Assembly: GCA_963769885.1 (NCBI GenBank)
Contig: CAVYNH010000004.1
Location: forward strand, 140,495 to 204,494
Direction of reading: 5' to 3'
Source: Methanobacteriota archaeon
GTDB taxonomy: Archaea; Thermoplasmatota; E2; DHVEG-1
Length of the DNA stretch: 64,000 nucleotides
Of the stretch, positions 48,680-58,508 are shown one piece after another. Numbering within the stretch: position 1 is the stretch's first letter; every line of letters starts with the position of its first letter. Made by a program: the position numbers and the translations under genes. Under the pieces are notes generated by a model. It saw only the letters and a list, made by a program, of their open reading frames with translations. It ran no database searches and was not told the origin of the DNA.

Positions 48680-50107
48680 GGTTGTCGCGTTTTTGCCTGT
48701 CGTGTCGTAGGCGATGGCGGTCACGGTGTGGGTCTGGAGACCGAGGGAGATTTTCTTAATCGGCCATTTATAGGAGAATGGTTCGCTGGTGAAGTTCTTG
48801 ACGTGTTTGCCGTCGATGTAGAGTTCAACGCTAGCGATGCCGGAGTCGGTGTCGGTTGCCTTGACCGTGATGGTGGGGCGGCCGAGGCAGAGGGTGACCT
48901 TGGGCTTGAATTTTGTGAGAATGTGCCGGTTCATCAGGTTTAGGGTGTTGGCGACGGGGAAGGTGATGCCGACTGCGGGTGGGAGGTTGCCGCCGGGGAC
49001 GATGAGGGTGGCGTTGCTGGCGTCGATGAAGTAGGCGGTGAACGGCCCTTTTTCCTCTTCGGAGGCACCGCTGGGGTTTGAGTACTCCTTGGTCCCGGAG
49101 CGGCTGTAGAGGGCGGCCAGGATCGCGGTGTTGTCGAAGTCGGTGGTATTCCCGGTGATGGTGTAGTTTTTCATCCATTGCCCATAGGGCTGGATCGTGA
49201 TGGTCTCGTTGGCCAGGATTTTCGTGAGGCCGTAGTGGTAGATGCCGGTGCCGCCGTGGTAGGCCCAGCTGTTGCGGTCGGTGTTGAAGACGCGGAGGGT
49301 CCCAGTATAGGTAGAGTCCGTGTAGCTTGTGATGTTCACCGTGATGGTGGCCATGCTTGAGGTGTTTGTGGCGGTGATGATGAGCTGGAGGGCTGGCACG
49401 CTGCGGTTGGCGGCTTCGGCGATAGCCGCGGCGATGGTTTCTTTGGTCTGGGTGCCGACGAGGATCTTGTAGCCGCCGTCGACGAAGAGCGCTGGGTAGG
49501 CCTTGACGTTGTAGGCGGTGGTGCGGGCCTCGGCGTCGCTGCTCATGTCGTCCACGTACGCGATGTAGGAGAACGCCTTGTCCTCTTCTTCGAGGGCGTG
49601 CAGGGCATCGGCCACGGTGGGGCAGTAGACGCAGCCCGTGTAGGTCGCCTCCTCGATGAAGACATGGTGTGCCAGCGACACGTTCTGCTGCTTGACGGTG
49701 ATGACATAGAAGGTGCTGCCGTCGCTGGAGGGGTTGCCGGCCTGGTTACCGGCCGCGTCTTCCACGAGGACGTAGTATTCGTAGTTCACCGCGAGGCCTC
49801 GTGGGATCGCGATGAGGGCGCTGCCGTTGAGCAGTGAGGTGCTCGTCCAGTTCTTCTCGCCGGCCTTGCGATAGTTCAAGGTCGCGTTCGTTACCTCAAT
49901 ATCGTCGCTGAATGTCGCCTTGATCTGAACGGTCTTCCCCGTGAATGCGGTGGTGTTTCCGGTGACGAAGGAGATGATCGGCGGCGTCGTATCGGAGTTC
50001 GCATTGTTCTGCATGTTCGCGTATAGGTAGACGTAGACGGAGGAACCGGCGAGGGCCGCGATGACGACGACTACGAGGACACGTTTCAGGAGACGCTGCA
50101 TAAGCAA
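48650..50107 (-). CDS. secreted/surface-anchored hypothetical protein with Ig-like C-terminal domain
   Basis: An N-terminal TM/signal, an internal GCVYCP motif and a C-terminal IDGKHVKNFTSEPFSYKW Ig-like segment. Confidence 0.4.
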   Translation of the reverse strand: MLMQRLLKRVLVVVVIAALAGSSVYVYLYANMQNNANSDTTPPIISFVTGNTTAFTGKTVQIKATFSDDIEVTNATLNYRKAGEKNWTSTSLLNGSALIAIPRGLAVNYEYYVLVEDAAGNQAGNPSSDGSTFYVITVKQQNVSLAHHVFIEEATYTGCVYCPTVADALHALEEEDKAFSYIAYVDDMSSDAEARTTAYNVKAYPALFVDGGYKILVGTQTKETIAAAIAEAANRSVPALQLIITATNTSSMATITVNITSYTDSTYTGTLRVFNTDRNSWAYHGGTGIYHYGLTKILANETITIQPYGQWMKNYTITGNTTDFDNTAILAALYSRSGTKEYSNPSGASEEEKGPFTAYFIDASNATLIVPGGNLPPAVGITFPVANTLNLMNRHILTKFKPKVTLCLGRPTITVKATDTDSGIASVELYIDGKHVKNFTSEPFSYKWPIKKISLGLQTHTVTAIAYDTTGKNATTSLTLRVLGL

Positions 50108-50283
50108 AATTAATATTATTCTATGAGATATTTAAAACCTCCTGTGGCGTCTCCGAGAAATCCGGATGGAGACCAAGCACAATGTTCTTAATGGCCCGTA
50201 TTATTGCCCATCCTCAAGACCGTCACCCTTGACTCACTCACGGTTCACGACCTTCCCAGGGAGCAATTAGGATCCACCGGACT

Positions 50284-51195
50284 ATGACCAGCTACGCCGT
50301 CAGCCACCTTGAGAAACTCGAATCCGAGGCCATCTTCGTCCTCCGCGAGGTCGCCGCCCAGTTCCACCGCCCCGCCCTCCTCTTCAGCGGCGGCAAAGAC
50401 AGCATCGTCCTTTCTCACCTCAGCAAGAAGGCCTTCCAGCCTGCCCCCATCCCCTACCCCTTCCTGCACATCGACACTGGCCACAACTTCCCCGAGACCC
50501 TCGTCTTCCGTGATAATCTCATCAAACGTCTCGGCGTCCACCTCATGGTCGGCAGCGTCCAACACAGCATCGACACCGGCAGAGTCGTCGAAGAAAAAGG
50601 CCGCTACGCCAGCCGCAACCTCCTGCAGACCACCACCTTACTTGACAGCATCCGTGACCACAACTTCGACGCCGCCATCGGCGGCGGACGACGCGACGAA
50701 GAAAAAGCACGGGCCAAAGAACGCTTCTTCAGCCACCGCAACGAGTTCGGCCAATGGGACCCCAAGAACCAACGCCCCGAACTCTGGGACCTCTACAACG
50801 GCCGCCACCACCACGGCGAACACTTCAGAATCTTCCCCCTCAGCAACTGGACCGAACTGGACGTCTGGCAGTACATCCTGCAAGAACACATCGAGATCCC
50901 CTCCATCTACTTCGCCCACAAACGCCTCGTCCTCGAAAGAAACGGCGTCCTCCTCGCCTACTCCGAATACCTCAATCTCAACGACACCGACCGTAAGCAC
51001 ATCAGCGAACGGCTCGTCCGCTGCCGCACCGTCGGCGACATGACCTGCACCGGCGTCGTCGAATCCACCGCCACCACCGTCGAAGACATCATCTCTGAAG
51101 TCGCAGCCAGCCGACGCAGCGAACGCGTCAGCCGCGCCGACGACCTCAGATCAGACACCAGCATGGAAGACCGCAAACGAGAAGGCTACTTCTAA
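50284..51195 (+). CDS. cysD: sulfate adenylyltransferase subunit 2
   Basis: The PAPS-reductase-fold motif SGGKDS and CysD-like length. Confidence 0.8.
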   Translation: MTSYAVSHLEKLESEAIFVLREVAAQFHRPALLFSGGKDSIVLSHLSKKAFQPAPIPYPFLHIDTGHNFPETLVFRDNLIKRLGVHLMVGSVQHSIDTGRVVEEKGRYASRNLLQTTTLLDSIRDHNFDAAIGGGRRDEEKARAKERFFSHRNEFGQWDPKNQRPELWDLYNGRHHHGEHFRIFPLSNWTELDVWQYILQEHIEIPSIYFAHKRLVLERNGVLLAYSEYLNLNDTDRKHISERLVRCRTVGDMTCTGVVESTATTVEDIISEVAASRRSERVSRADDLRSDTSMEDRKREGYF

Positions 51196-51196
51196 T

Positions 51197-52465
51197 ATGA
51201 CCGACCACCCCACCACCAAAGAAATGGAGCTCCTCCGCTTCACCACCGCCGGCAGCGTCGACGACGGCAAAAGCACCCTCATCGGCCGCCTCCTCTACGA
51301 CACCAAAACCATCTTCCAAGACCAGCTCGACAGCCTCCACCGCTTCGCCGTCCAACGCGGTGAAACCATGAACCTCGCCTTGCTCACCGACGGACTGCGA
51401 GCCGAACGCGAACAAGGCATCACCATCGACGTCGCCTACCGCTACTTCTCCACCCCCCACCGCAAATTCATCATCGCCGACACCCCCGGCCACGTCCAGT
51501 ACACCCGCAACATGGTCACCGGCGCCAGCACCGCGAATCTGGCCGTCATCCTCATCGACGCCCGAAACGGCGTCGTCGAACAGACCCACCGCCACCTCTT
51601 CATCGCCAGCCTGCTAGGCATCCCCCACTTCGTCATCTGCATCAACAAAATGGACCTCGTCGACTTCAAAGAAGATACCTACGAAGAAATCAAAGACGAC
51701 CTCAAAGGCTTCACCGCCAAACTCAATATCCCCGACGTCACCTACATCCCCATCAGCGCCCTCCTCGGCGACAACGTCGTCAACACCTCCACACACATGC
51801 CCTGGTACAAAGGACCCACCCTCCTCTACACCCTCGAAAACATCAACATCACCAGCGACGAAAACCTCGTCGACTGCCGCTTCCCCGTCCAATACGTCAT
51901 CCGCCCCCGCAACGACACCTACCACGACTACCGCGGCTACGCCGGCAAAATCGCCGGCGGCATCTTCAAGCCCGGCGATACCGTCACCGTCCTGCCCGCC
52001 GACCTCACCACCGAAATCACCAGCATCGAAACCCCCACGGGCCCCGTCACCGAAGCCTTCCCCCCCATGTCCGCCGTCATGCAACTCAAAGACGACATCG
52101 ACATCAGCCGCGGCGACATGATCGTCCGCGAACACAACCAACCAAAAGTCGGCCAGGACATCGACCTCATGGTCTGCTGGATGAATGCAACCCCGCTGCA
52201 GCCCATGAAAACCTACATCCTCCGCCACACCACACGAGAAACCAAGGCCATCGTCCGCACCCTCTACTATAAACTCGACATCAACACCCTCCACCGCATC
52301 GAAAACGTCCCCGAACTCGGCCTCAACGAAATCGGACGCATCTCCGTACGCACCGCCCAGCCCCTCCTTTACGACAGCTACCGCCGCAACCGCGTCACCG
52401 GCAGCCTCATCCTCATCGACGAACGCACCAACGAAACCGTCGGGGCAGGGATGATCCGTGACTAA
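51197..52465 (+). CDS. cysN: sulfate adenylyltransferase subunit 1 (GTPase)
   Basis: The G1 motif GSVDDGKSTLIGRLL, DTPGH and NKMD are present. Confidence 0.8.
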   Translation: MTDHPTTKEMELLRFTTAGSVDDGKSTLIGRLLYDTKTIFQDQLDSLHRFAVQRGETMNLALLTDGLRAEREQGITIDVAYRYFSTPHRKFIIADTPGHVQYTRNMVTGASTANLAVILIDARNGVVEQTHRHLFIASLLGIPHFVICINKMDLVDFKEDTYEEIKDDLKGFTAKLNIPDVTYIPISALLGDNVVNTSTHMPWYKGPTLLYTLENINITSDENLVDCRFPVQYVIRPRNDTYHDYRGYAGKIAGGIFKPGDTVTVLPADLTTEITSIETPTGPVTEAFPPMSAVMQLKDDIDISRGDMIVREHNQPKVGQDIDLMVCWMNATPLQPMKTYILRHTTRETKAIVRTLYYKLDINTLHRIENVPELGLNEIGRISVRTAQPLLYDSYRRNRVTGSLILIDERTNETVGAGMIRD

Positions 52466-52997
52466 ACACCCATCACGCGGCGTCACCGTCTGGTTCACCG
52501 GACTGCCCTGCAGTGGCAAGACCACCGTCGCCGACCACGTCGCCGACCGTCTCAAAATCCAAGGCTACCCCATCGAACGACTCGACGGCGACATCGTCCG
52601 TAAAGACCTCACCAAAGACCTCGGATTCTCCAGACAAGACCGCGACGAAAACCTCAATCGCGTCACCGCCCTCGCCGCCAGTCTCACCACCCAAGGCAAA
52701 ATCGTCCTCGCCACCTTCGTCTCCCCCTACCGCGACCGCCGCGAAAAAAGCCGCGCCGCCATCCCCGACTTCCTCGAAATCTACGCCCGCTGCCCCATCG
52801 AAGTCTGCATCCAGCGCGACGTCAAAGGCATGTACAAGCAAGCCCTCGCCGGCCGCCTCAAAGGCTTCACCGGCATCGACAACCCCTACGAAGAACCACA
52901 ACAACCCGACCTCATCCTCGACACCGACAAAGAAACCATCCAAGAAAGCACCGAAAAAGTCATCGCCCTCCTTAAAACCAAAGGCTACCTCAAGTAG
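52458..52997 (+). CDS. cysC: adenylyl-sulfate (APS) kinase
   Basis: The P-loop GLPCSGKTT is present. Length is about 179 aa. Confidence 0.75.
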   Translation: MTKHPSRGVTVWFTGLPCSGKTTVADHVADRLKIQGYPIERLDGDIVRKDLTKDLGFSRQDRDENLNRVTALAASLTTQGKIVLATFVSPYRDRREKSRAAIPDFLEIYARCPIEVCIQRDVKGMYKQALAGRLKGFTGIDNPYEEPQQPDLILDTDKETIQESTEKVIALLKTKGYLK

Positions 52998-53005
52998 CCC
53001 TCCCG

Positions 53006-53824
53006 CTACTCCTCATTCACCCGATAAACCCCACGGCGATATTCAATGAGGCCCTCATCCGCCATCTTCTTAAGAATCTCCTGGGCCCGGTGCACCGGTG
53101 TCCCTGCCTTTTCCGCAAGCACGACCGCCGAAGCCGGACTCTGAAGCAGCAGTCGAAGAAGCTGGGCGCGCATCTGCCGATCCGAACCCTCGAATCGGGA
53201 CTGACGCGTCCGAGGCGCGATCCCAGTCCGCCGCGCCGTCACCACCAACGCCCCGTAATCCATGAGCGCATTATGCCACTCCCGACTCCGCCCCCGCGGC
53301 AGACACCGTGATGCGAGAGTCCATAACTCATGATCCGACGCCGACTCCGGCACCTCAAACTCAGCCACCAGAATCCGCCGGATGTTTGTATCCACCGTCA
53401 CCAGGTCCTCGTTCGCCGCAAAGATACGCACCGCCGAAGCAGTATATCGCCCTACCCCGGGGACCGCATGATAGTTCCGCATCGCCTCCAACACATCCCC
53501 ATCAAACCGCTCCACGATGACACCCGCGGCCCGATGCAGGTTCACCCCCCGAGAATTATACCCCAGACCCATCCACGCCCGCAGGACCGCCTCCCGGGAG
53601 GCCGCGGCCAGCGCCTCCACCGCCGGCCAGGCCTGCACCCACCGGACATAATACGAGACGACCCTGGCAACCTGCGTCTGCTGCAACATCACCTCCGAGA
53701 CCAGGATACGGTACGGATCCGTGGTCTCGCGCCACGGCAGCGACCTGCCATGCTCCCGATAAAACCCTAAAACCCGTTCCTGAAACCCTTGAATCAGCTC
53801 CTCCGAGACCCCCTCGAGCGCCAT
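53006..53824 (-). CDS. HhH-GPD DNA glycosylase (Nth/MutY lineage) lacking the Fe-S cluster cysteines, with C-terminal winged-helix
   Basis: Motifs LPWRETTDPYRILVSEVMLQQT and VPGVGRYTASAV are present. No Cys quartet follows WHNALMDYGA. The C-terminal block is AEKAGTPVHRAQEIL. Confidence 0.6.
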   Translation of the reverse strand: MALEGVSEELIQGFQERVLGFYREHGRSLPWRETTDPYRILVSEVMLQQTQVARVVSYYVRWVQAWPAVEALAAASREAVLRAWMGLGYNSRGVNLHRAAGVIVERFDGDVLEAMRNYHAVPGVGRYTASAVRIFAANEDLVTVDTNIRRILVAEFEVPESASDHELWTLASRCLPRGRSREWHNALMDYGALVVTARRTGIAPRTRQSRFEGSDRQMRAQLLRLLLQSPASAVVLAEKAGTPVHRAQEILKKMADEGLIEYRRGVYRVNEE

Positions 53825-54011
53825 GTCAAATGCAGGAAAAAGGGTAGAAGTCTATCAAGTTTTGCCCAAAAAAGGAGAGTATTAAATCCGGATCACGAAG
53901 AAACCGACAACGAAGGCATCAATGTTCGCCTCAGTCCGTCCCACCCGAACGCGGATCGTCGGCTCACCCAGACCAAAGACAAGCGACCGCAGAATCTGCG
54001 TCTCCCCAGCC

Positions 54012-54578
54012 TTAATCGAAATCGTCCCGTTCCGGGTACTGCCCCAGGAGGTAGATCCCGTTATCCAGGGAAATCGAAAACGGCGTTTCAACCAGATCCT
54101 CAGTCCCGATGTTCGTGACCCTGGCCACCGGACCGATGCCGCCGGTAATCTCAATCGAGACCGGGCTTGCCAGGATGATGGTGAAACTCGCGTTCTTCGG
54201 AAACTCCACATTGCCCGCCTTGTCATCAGAATAATACGTCACCGTGTGCAGACCATTCCCCGAGACAATGAACTGCCCCCCATACACCGAGAAATTCCCA
54301 GAATCAATCTGATAATACGTGGCATTGACCCCGGACAGATCATCCGAGGCGTTCAATAACACCGTCACATTACTGATATAGTTCTGCCCCTGCATGATAC
54401 CTTGGAGAACACAGGTCGTGACCGGTGGGGTCGTATCGTTCCCGCTGAGACGTGCACCGCCCCCTATTTGTGATGGTGGGGATGGGGTAGCGGCCATCGA
54501 CCAGCCCGAAAGGCTAGCCACGAGAAAACAAAGTAGGATGAAAGTGCGTAGTGGCATAGTCTTCATTAGACTCCCCAC
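54012..54578 (-). CDS. secreted OmpL47-type/Ig-like domain protein (distant paralog)
   Basis: Signal peptide. Motifs DTTPPVTT and YYQIDSGNFSVYGGQFIVSGNGLHTVTYYSDDKAGNVE. Confidence 0.45.
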   Translation of the reverse strand: MGSLMKTMPLRTFILLCFLVASLSGWSMAATPSPPSQIGGGARLSGNDTTPPVTTCVLQGIMQGQNYISNVTVLLNASDDLSGVNATYYQIDSGNFSVYGGQFIVSGNGLHTVTYYSDDKAGNVEFPKNASFTIILASPVSIEITGGIGPVARVTNIGTEDLVETPFSISLDNGIYLLGQYPERDDFD

Positions 54579-54736
54579 GTATCTATACCAGAGGGAATTA
54601 ATAAGGTTTCTCCTTCAAGTCTTACCAGAACAACCGTTACACACCATGCAGTGTAGTGAAGGCCAGAGACTGTGCTGACTGAGACGTTTCTCCCGTAAAC
54701 GCGCGTTTCCAGGGTCAAAAGAGGGGCACCATCTCG

Positions 54737-56896
54737 TCATTGAAGAATCTGCACTCGGAAATGCCATAGAATCCCGATATGGTCCAGGAGCCAGTGTAAT
54801 AGAGGAAACACGGGTCGTTCGACGATGAACGGCATCCGGACATGGAGGCTCCCCCAGTCGCTTTCGACGCCGTACACATCCCGGGCTTTGCATCTAATCG
54901 TATAGGCACCACGTTTCGCCCAGGTATGGGCGATGGTTTGGATCTGCCCAGAAGGAAATGGTCCGATCCAGCCACTCGTAGTATTGTCTCCCCAGTCGAT
55001 GAAATAGGAGAGGGTATCGTTGTTTGAATCGGTTGCGACCACCGTATAGTTGTAAGACCTGCCTGGTTTTCCGGTCGCGGGCCCGTCAATGGTTGGGGTC
55101 GTTGGTGGGATGTTGTCTCCGGCAATGAACGCCCAGGTGGAGTCGCAGGCGATGATACCCACGCCGTCAGTGACCGTGAGGGTGACGGTGTAGTTTCCGG
55201 CGGTGTGGTAGGTGTGGGTGGGGTTCTGCTCGTCAGATGTCGCGCCGTCGCCGAAGGTCCAGTGGTACTGATAGGGTGGTGTGCCGTTCTCGGCTGATCC
55301 GGTGAAGTGGAGGGGGGTTTCGACGGCGCCATGATAGGGGCCGTGGGCGTGGGCGATGCAGCCGCCGATGATCGTGAAGTCTGCGGGGGAGATGGCGGTG
55401 GCGCTGGTGGTGCTGGTGGTGACCGTGATTTTGACGCGGCAGTGGGTTGATCCGGTGCCAGCGACGAGCCATTGGTAGCAGCCGTTGTCTAGCAGATCCG
55501 TGGCAATGGGATACCAGGGTCCTGAAGGACCAGTGAGGGAATAGAAGAGGTCGACTGTGGCATCGCCTTGGGCTAGGGGGACGGCGGAAAGCCAACGGAT
55601 GTTGCGGATGGCGTTGCCAGTGAAGGTTTCACCGCCGTAAGGGGATCTGAGGTGGACCGACAATGCGGTCGGCTCTTGCCAAGGGGAGATGGCGCATAGG
55701 ACGTTGTGCGATTGTTCGATGACGAAGATGACGTCTTCGCGGCCGTCGTGGTCGAAGTCGCCGTCGACGCGCAACATGACGCAGTCTCCGGTCATGAAGA
55801 AGGTAGCATCGGCAGACCAGTATCCTGTACCGTAACCGAGGTAGACTTGGGCGACGTTGGTGGTAAAGGTCATGATGTCTAGGTATCCGTCGGCGTTGAG
55901 GTCGCCGCATTGAACGCGGTAGTCTCCGGTTGTCGGGAGGCCGGTGGAGGCTTGGGTCCAGGTGTTATTGTTTTTATGGTAGAGGTAGGCGCGGACGCCT
56001 TGGTTGTCGTAGGAGATGGCGAGGTCGTCGGTGCCGTCGTTATTGAGGTCGCCGTGATCGAGGCCGACGGCGACGGCGGTGGGGAGTCCGTTTTGGCTGA
56101 GGGTGAAGTTGAAGTGGCCGTCGCCGAGGTAGACGTTGGTGTTGTATTTAGTCCCGATGAAGTCCATGTTTCCGTCGGCGTTGATGTCGCAGGTTTTGAG
56201 GTCGTCGTTGGTGTTGTCGATGGTGTTGGTCCATTTGTGGGTCCAGGTGCCGTTGCCGTTGTTTTTGTAGACGTGGTAGCCGTTGCCGTAGCCGAAGGAT
56301 TGGCTGACGAGGTCGAGGAGGCCGTCGTTGTTGAAGTCGGCGAAGTCGGTGGCGCCCATGCCCCAGGTTTCGCCGCCTGTTCCGAGTCCGGTGGCCCAGC
56401 CGGTCCAGTTGATGCCGGTGCCGTCGCCGAGGGCGGCGCCGATGAGGGTGTCGCCGAAGCCGGGTGTTGAGCTGTAGTCGTGGTGGATGCCCCAGGCGAT
56501 GTCGGGGTGGCCGTCAAGGTTGAGGTCGCCGATGGCGCAGCCGCCGTAGCCGAAGTCGCCGGTTTGGTGGATGGTCCAGGTGCCGGTGCCGTCGCCGAGC
56601 CAGGCCATGATGCCGTGTTCTTGGGTGTTGATGTAGGGGTTGCCGTGGTCGCCGACGCTGAGGATGTCGAGGTGGCCGTCTTGGTTGATGTCGGCGAGTT
56701 CGACTTCCATGGGGCCGCCGTCAAGGCTGGGGGTGTTGAGGCCGGTGGATTTGGGGATGAAGGTGAGTTGGTTCGAGGAGGGGCGTGCCCCGGCGTTGGA
56801 TGATCGGGCGGTCCAAGGGGTCAGAGATGTTGAGCAGAGGAGGATTGTTAAGACGCCCGCGAAAAGGATGCGGTGAAGCGGTGTGTGGTGGTTCAA
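54737..56896 (-). CDS. secreted FG-GAP repeat protein with PKD and PKD-variant (IDWGD) C-terminal domains
   Basis: A signal peptide precedes DxNxDGxxD repeats. A canonical PKD follows (WTFGDGATS..YTVTLTVTD), then ATDSNNDTLSYFIDWGDNTTSGWIGPFPSG...IRCKARD. Confidence 0.6.
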   Translation of the reverse strand: MNHHTPLHRILFAGVLTILLCSTSLTPWTARSSNAGARPSSNQLTFIPKSTGLNTPSLDGGPMEVELADINQDGHLDILSVGDHGNPYINTQEHGIMAWLGDGTGTWTIHQTGDFGYGGCAIGDLNLDGHPDIAWGIHHDYSSTPGFGDTLIGAALGDGTGINWTGWATGLGTGGETWGMGATDFADFNNDGLLDLVSQSFGYGNGYHVYKNNGNGTWTHKWTNTIDNTNDDLKTCDINADGNMDFIGTKYNTNVYLGDGHFNFTLSQNGLPTAVAVGLDHGDLNNDGTDDLAISYDNQGVRAYLYHKNNNTWTQASTGLPTTGDYRVQCGDLNADGYLDIMTFTTNVAQVYLGYGTGYWSADATFFMTGDCVMLRVDGDFDHDGREDVIFVIEQSHNVLCAISPWQEPTALSVHLRSPYGGETFTGNAIRNIRWLSAVPLAQGDATVDLFYSLTGPSGPWYPIATDLLDNGCYQWLVAGTGSTHCRVKITVTTSTTSATAISPADFTIIGGCIAHAHGPYHGAVETPLHFTGSAENGTPPYQYHWTFGDGATSDEQNPTHTYHTAGNYTVTLTVTDGVGIIACDSTWAFIAGDNIPPTTPTIDGPATGKPGRSYNYTVVATDSNNDTLSYFIDWGDNTTSGWIGPFPSGQIQTIAHTWAKRGAYTIRCKARDVYGVESDWGSLHVRMPFIVERPVFPLLHWLLDHIGILWHFRVQILQ

Positions 56897-57208
56897 CCTC
56901 TGTTCCCCCGTTCAGATTCATTAGGTGGTGCCGTATTTTAATGTTGTGCTAAGGAGGGGTGGGTTATCCTTGGTTCTTTTGGTGTGGTAGTAGGTGTAAC
57001 CCGAGGAAGTCAGCCTGGTTTTCGTCTGCTCGCAGGGGGAATCCGGGTCGCCGACGCAGCACAGACCGTGCCCCGGATATTCTACCATTAATTTCCTATT
57101 CCCAATCTGTAACTTAAGTAAGTCTCGCTATTCAAAACTATGTTAGAAGGAATTCTATATTATTATATCTGCAAGAAATAGAAATGACGTATGAAGGATG
57201 AAAAAAGC

Positions 57209-57235
57209 GCAGGGGAAGGGATTTGAACCCTTGTT
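57209..57235 (-). other. partial copy of tRNA 3' end (T-arm + acceptor 3' strand; gcgcaggggaagggatttgaaccc)
   Basis: A 22-24 nt identity to the 3' part of the tRNA-Leu at 59533..59617. No 5' half was found. Confidence 0.5.
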
Positions 57236-57258
57236 TATCGGTACATAGGCGATTTTTA

Positions 57259-58107
57259 CTAGGGAACATATGTTGCTGTTGCAAGAGCTTGACCAAGGTA
57301 AAAACTTATTTTATCAAATTGATTAACGGGGAACCAAATCCTGAGTCCTTTAAAACCAATTAGCCAGTTCAAATTATCATTTATTGATTGCAACCCTTTT
57401 AATCCGAAAGACACCCCTCGGTAGCCGGAATTAATTGTTACCACTGTCCACAGTAAAAGAGGGCTAAACAAATTGAAAATCAACGAAGGAATCCCTACGA
57501 CAGCAGACAGTAATAATGGAATAGCCACCAACATTGCAAGATTAAGATTATTAAAATGAAACATCCCATAGGTAAAAAGCATAAAAAGAATTATCATAGG
57601 TAAAGTCAGCAACCCAAATATTACATCATTTCCTGCTAACACCGAATACATGGACAGCAAACAAAAGACATTGCTAAACGCTAAATGAAATTGAGAAAAC
57701 CTAAGAGAGCCCACCAGTTTTTCAACAGCAGGATGAACTTGATCTGCCGTCACCAACTTCTGTGCCTTTTCAACACTCATACCTTTTGGCAATAGACCAT
57801 ACTTATTGAACTCCACGACTGCTTCCTTGAAGATAGGAACCGCTTCTTCCCTGGTTGTCGTCTGGTTCAATCGTGCTTTGAAATCAACAAGATACTGCTG
57901 TAGGTTCTGATACTGTTGCCTGGTGAGTTTCACAGTGGTATCCCCAAATCCCTGGATACCACAGGCTTGAGTAGTCACTTCAACAAGGTCATTAGTTAGT
58001 GATGCTTTGGCCACATTGAAGTTGATGCTTGGTGCGACTGCAACACCAATGAACAAAAGAATGATACCAATTGCAGAACATTTCCCAATCAGAGGATATT
58101 TTTTCAT
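57259..58107 (-). CDS. membrane protein, paralog of 9000..9800
   Basis: The conserved N-terminal block is shared with 9000..9800. A C-terminal multi-TM region is present. GC is low. Confidence 0.5.
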   Translation of the reverse strand: MKKYPLIGKCSAIGIILLFIGVAVAPSINFNVAKASLTNDLVEVTTQACGIQGFGDTTVKLTRQQYQNLQQYLVDFKARLNQTTTREEAVPIFKEAVVEFNKYGLLPKGMSVEKAQKLVTADQVHPAVEKLVGSLRFSQFHLAFSNVFCLLSMYSVLAGNDVIFGLLTLPMIILFMLFTYGMFHFNNLNLAMLVAIPLLLSAVVGIPSLIFNLFSPLLLWTVVTINSGYRGVSFGLKGLQSINDNLNWLIGFKGLRIWFPVNQFDKISFYLGQALATATYVP

Positions 58108-58400
58108 CTATTCTGCCCCATTTGAAAATGAAGAATACTTCTCTATTTAAAATCTCCGTTAACGTGATTTCTCCAGAAATGAACCGGTATTTCGGAGTTC
58201 AAATCATTTTTTTGTATTCTAGAATTCTTCTCCAGTAAAAATAAGAAAAAAGTGCAGGGGAAGTGATACCAACCTCAAGTTTAAATCTCACGGATCCGTG
58301 GGGGGGTACCTGGTTCCCTCCTAGTGGATTGTTCAATATTGGCCTGTTCTTTGGTTTGTTGAGCAAAGCGGGACTGCTCGTCTTAAATCAGCGAAACAAG

Positions 58401-58423
58401 GGACCGAGGGTGATTTGAACCCA
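58401..58423 (-). other. second tRNA-3'-end-like fragment (gggaccgagggtgatttgaaccc)
   Basis: The T-loop signature TTCAAAT plus an acceptor-like 3' strand. No 5' half was found. Confidence 0.35.
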
Positions 58424-58508
58424 TCTCATATATCCGATATAGTAAAACCCAAAACAACCAAATCAGAATGAACTTCAGCCTTAAAAAAACGACAGGCACA
58501 ATAAGAAT

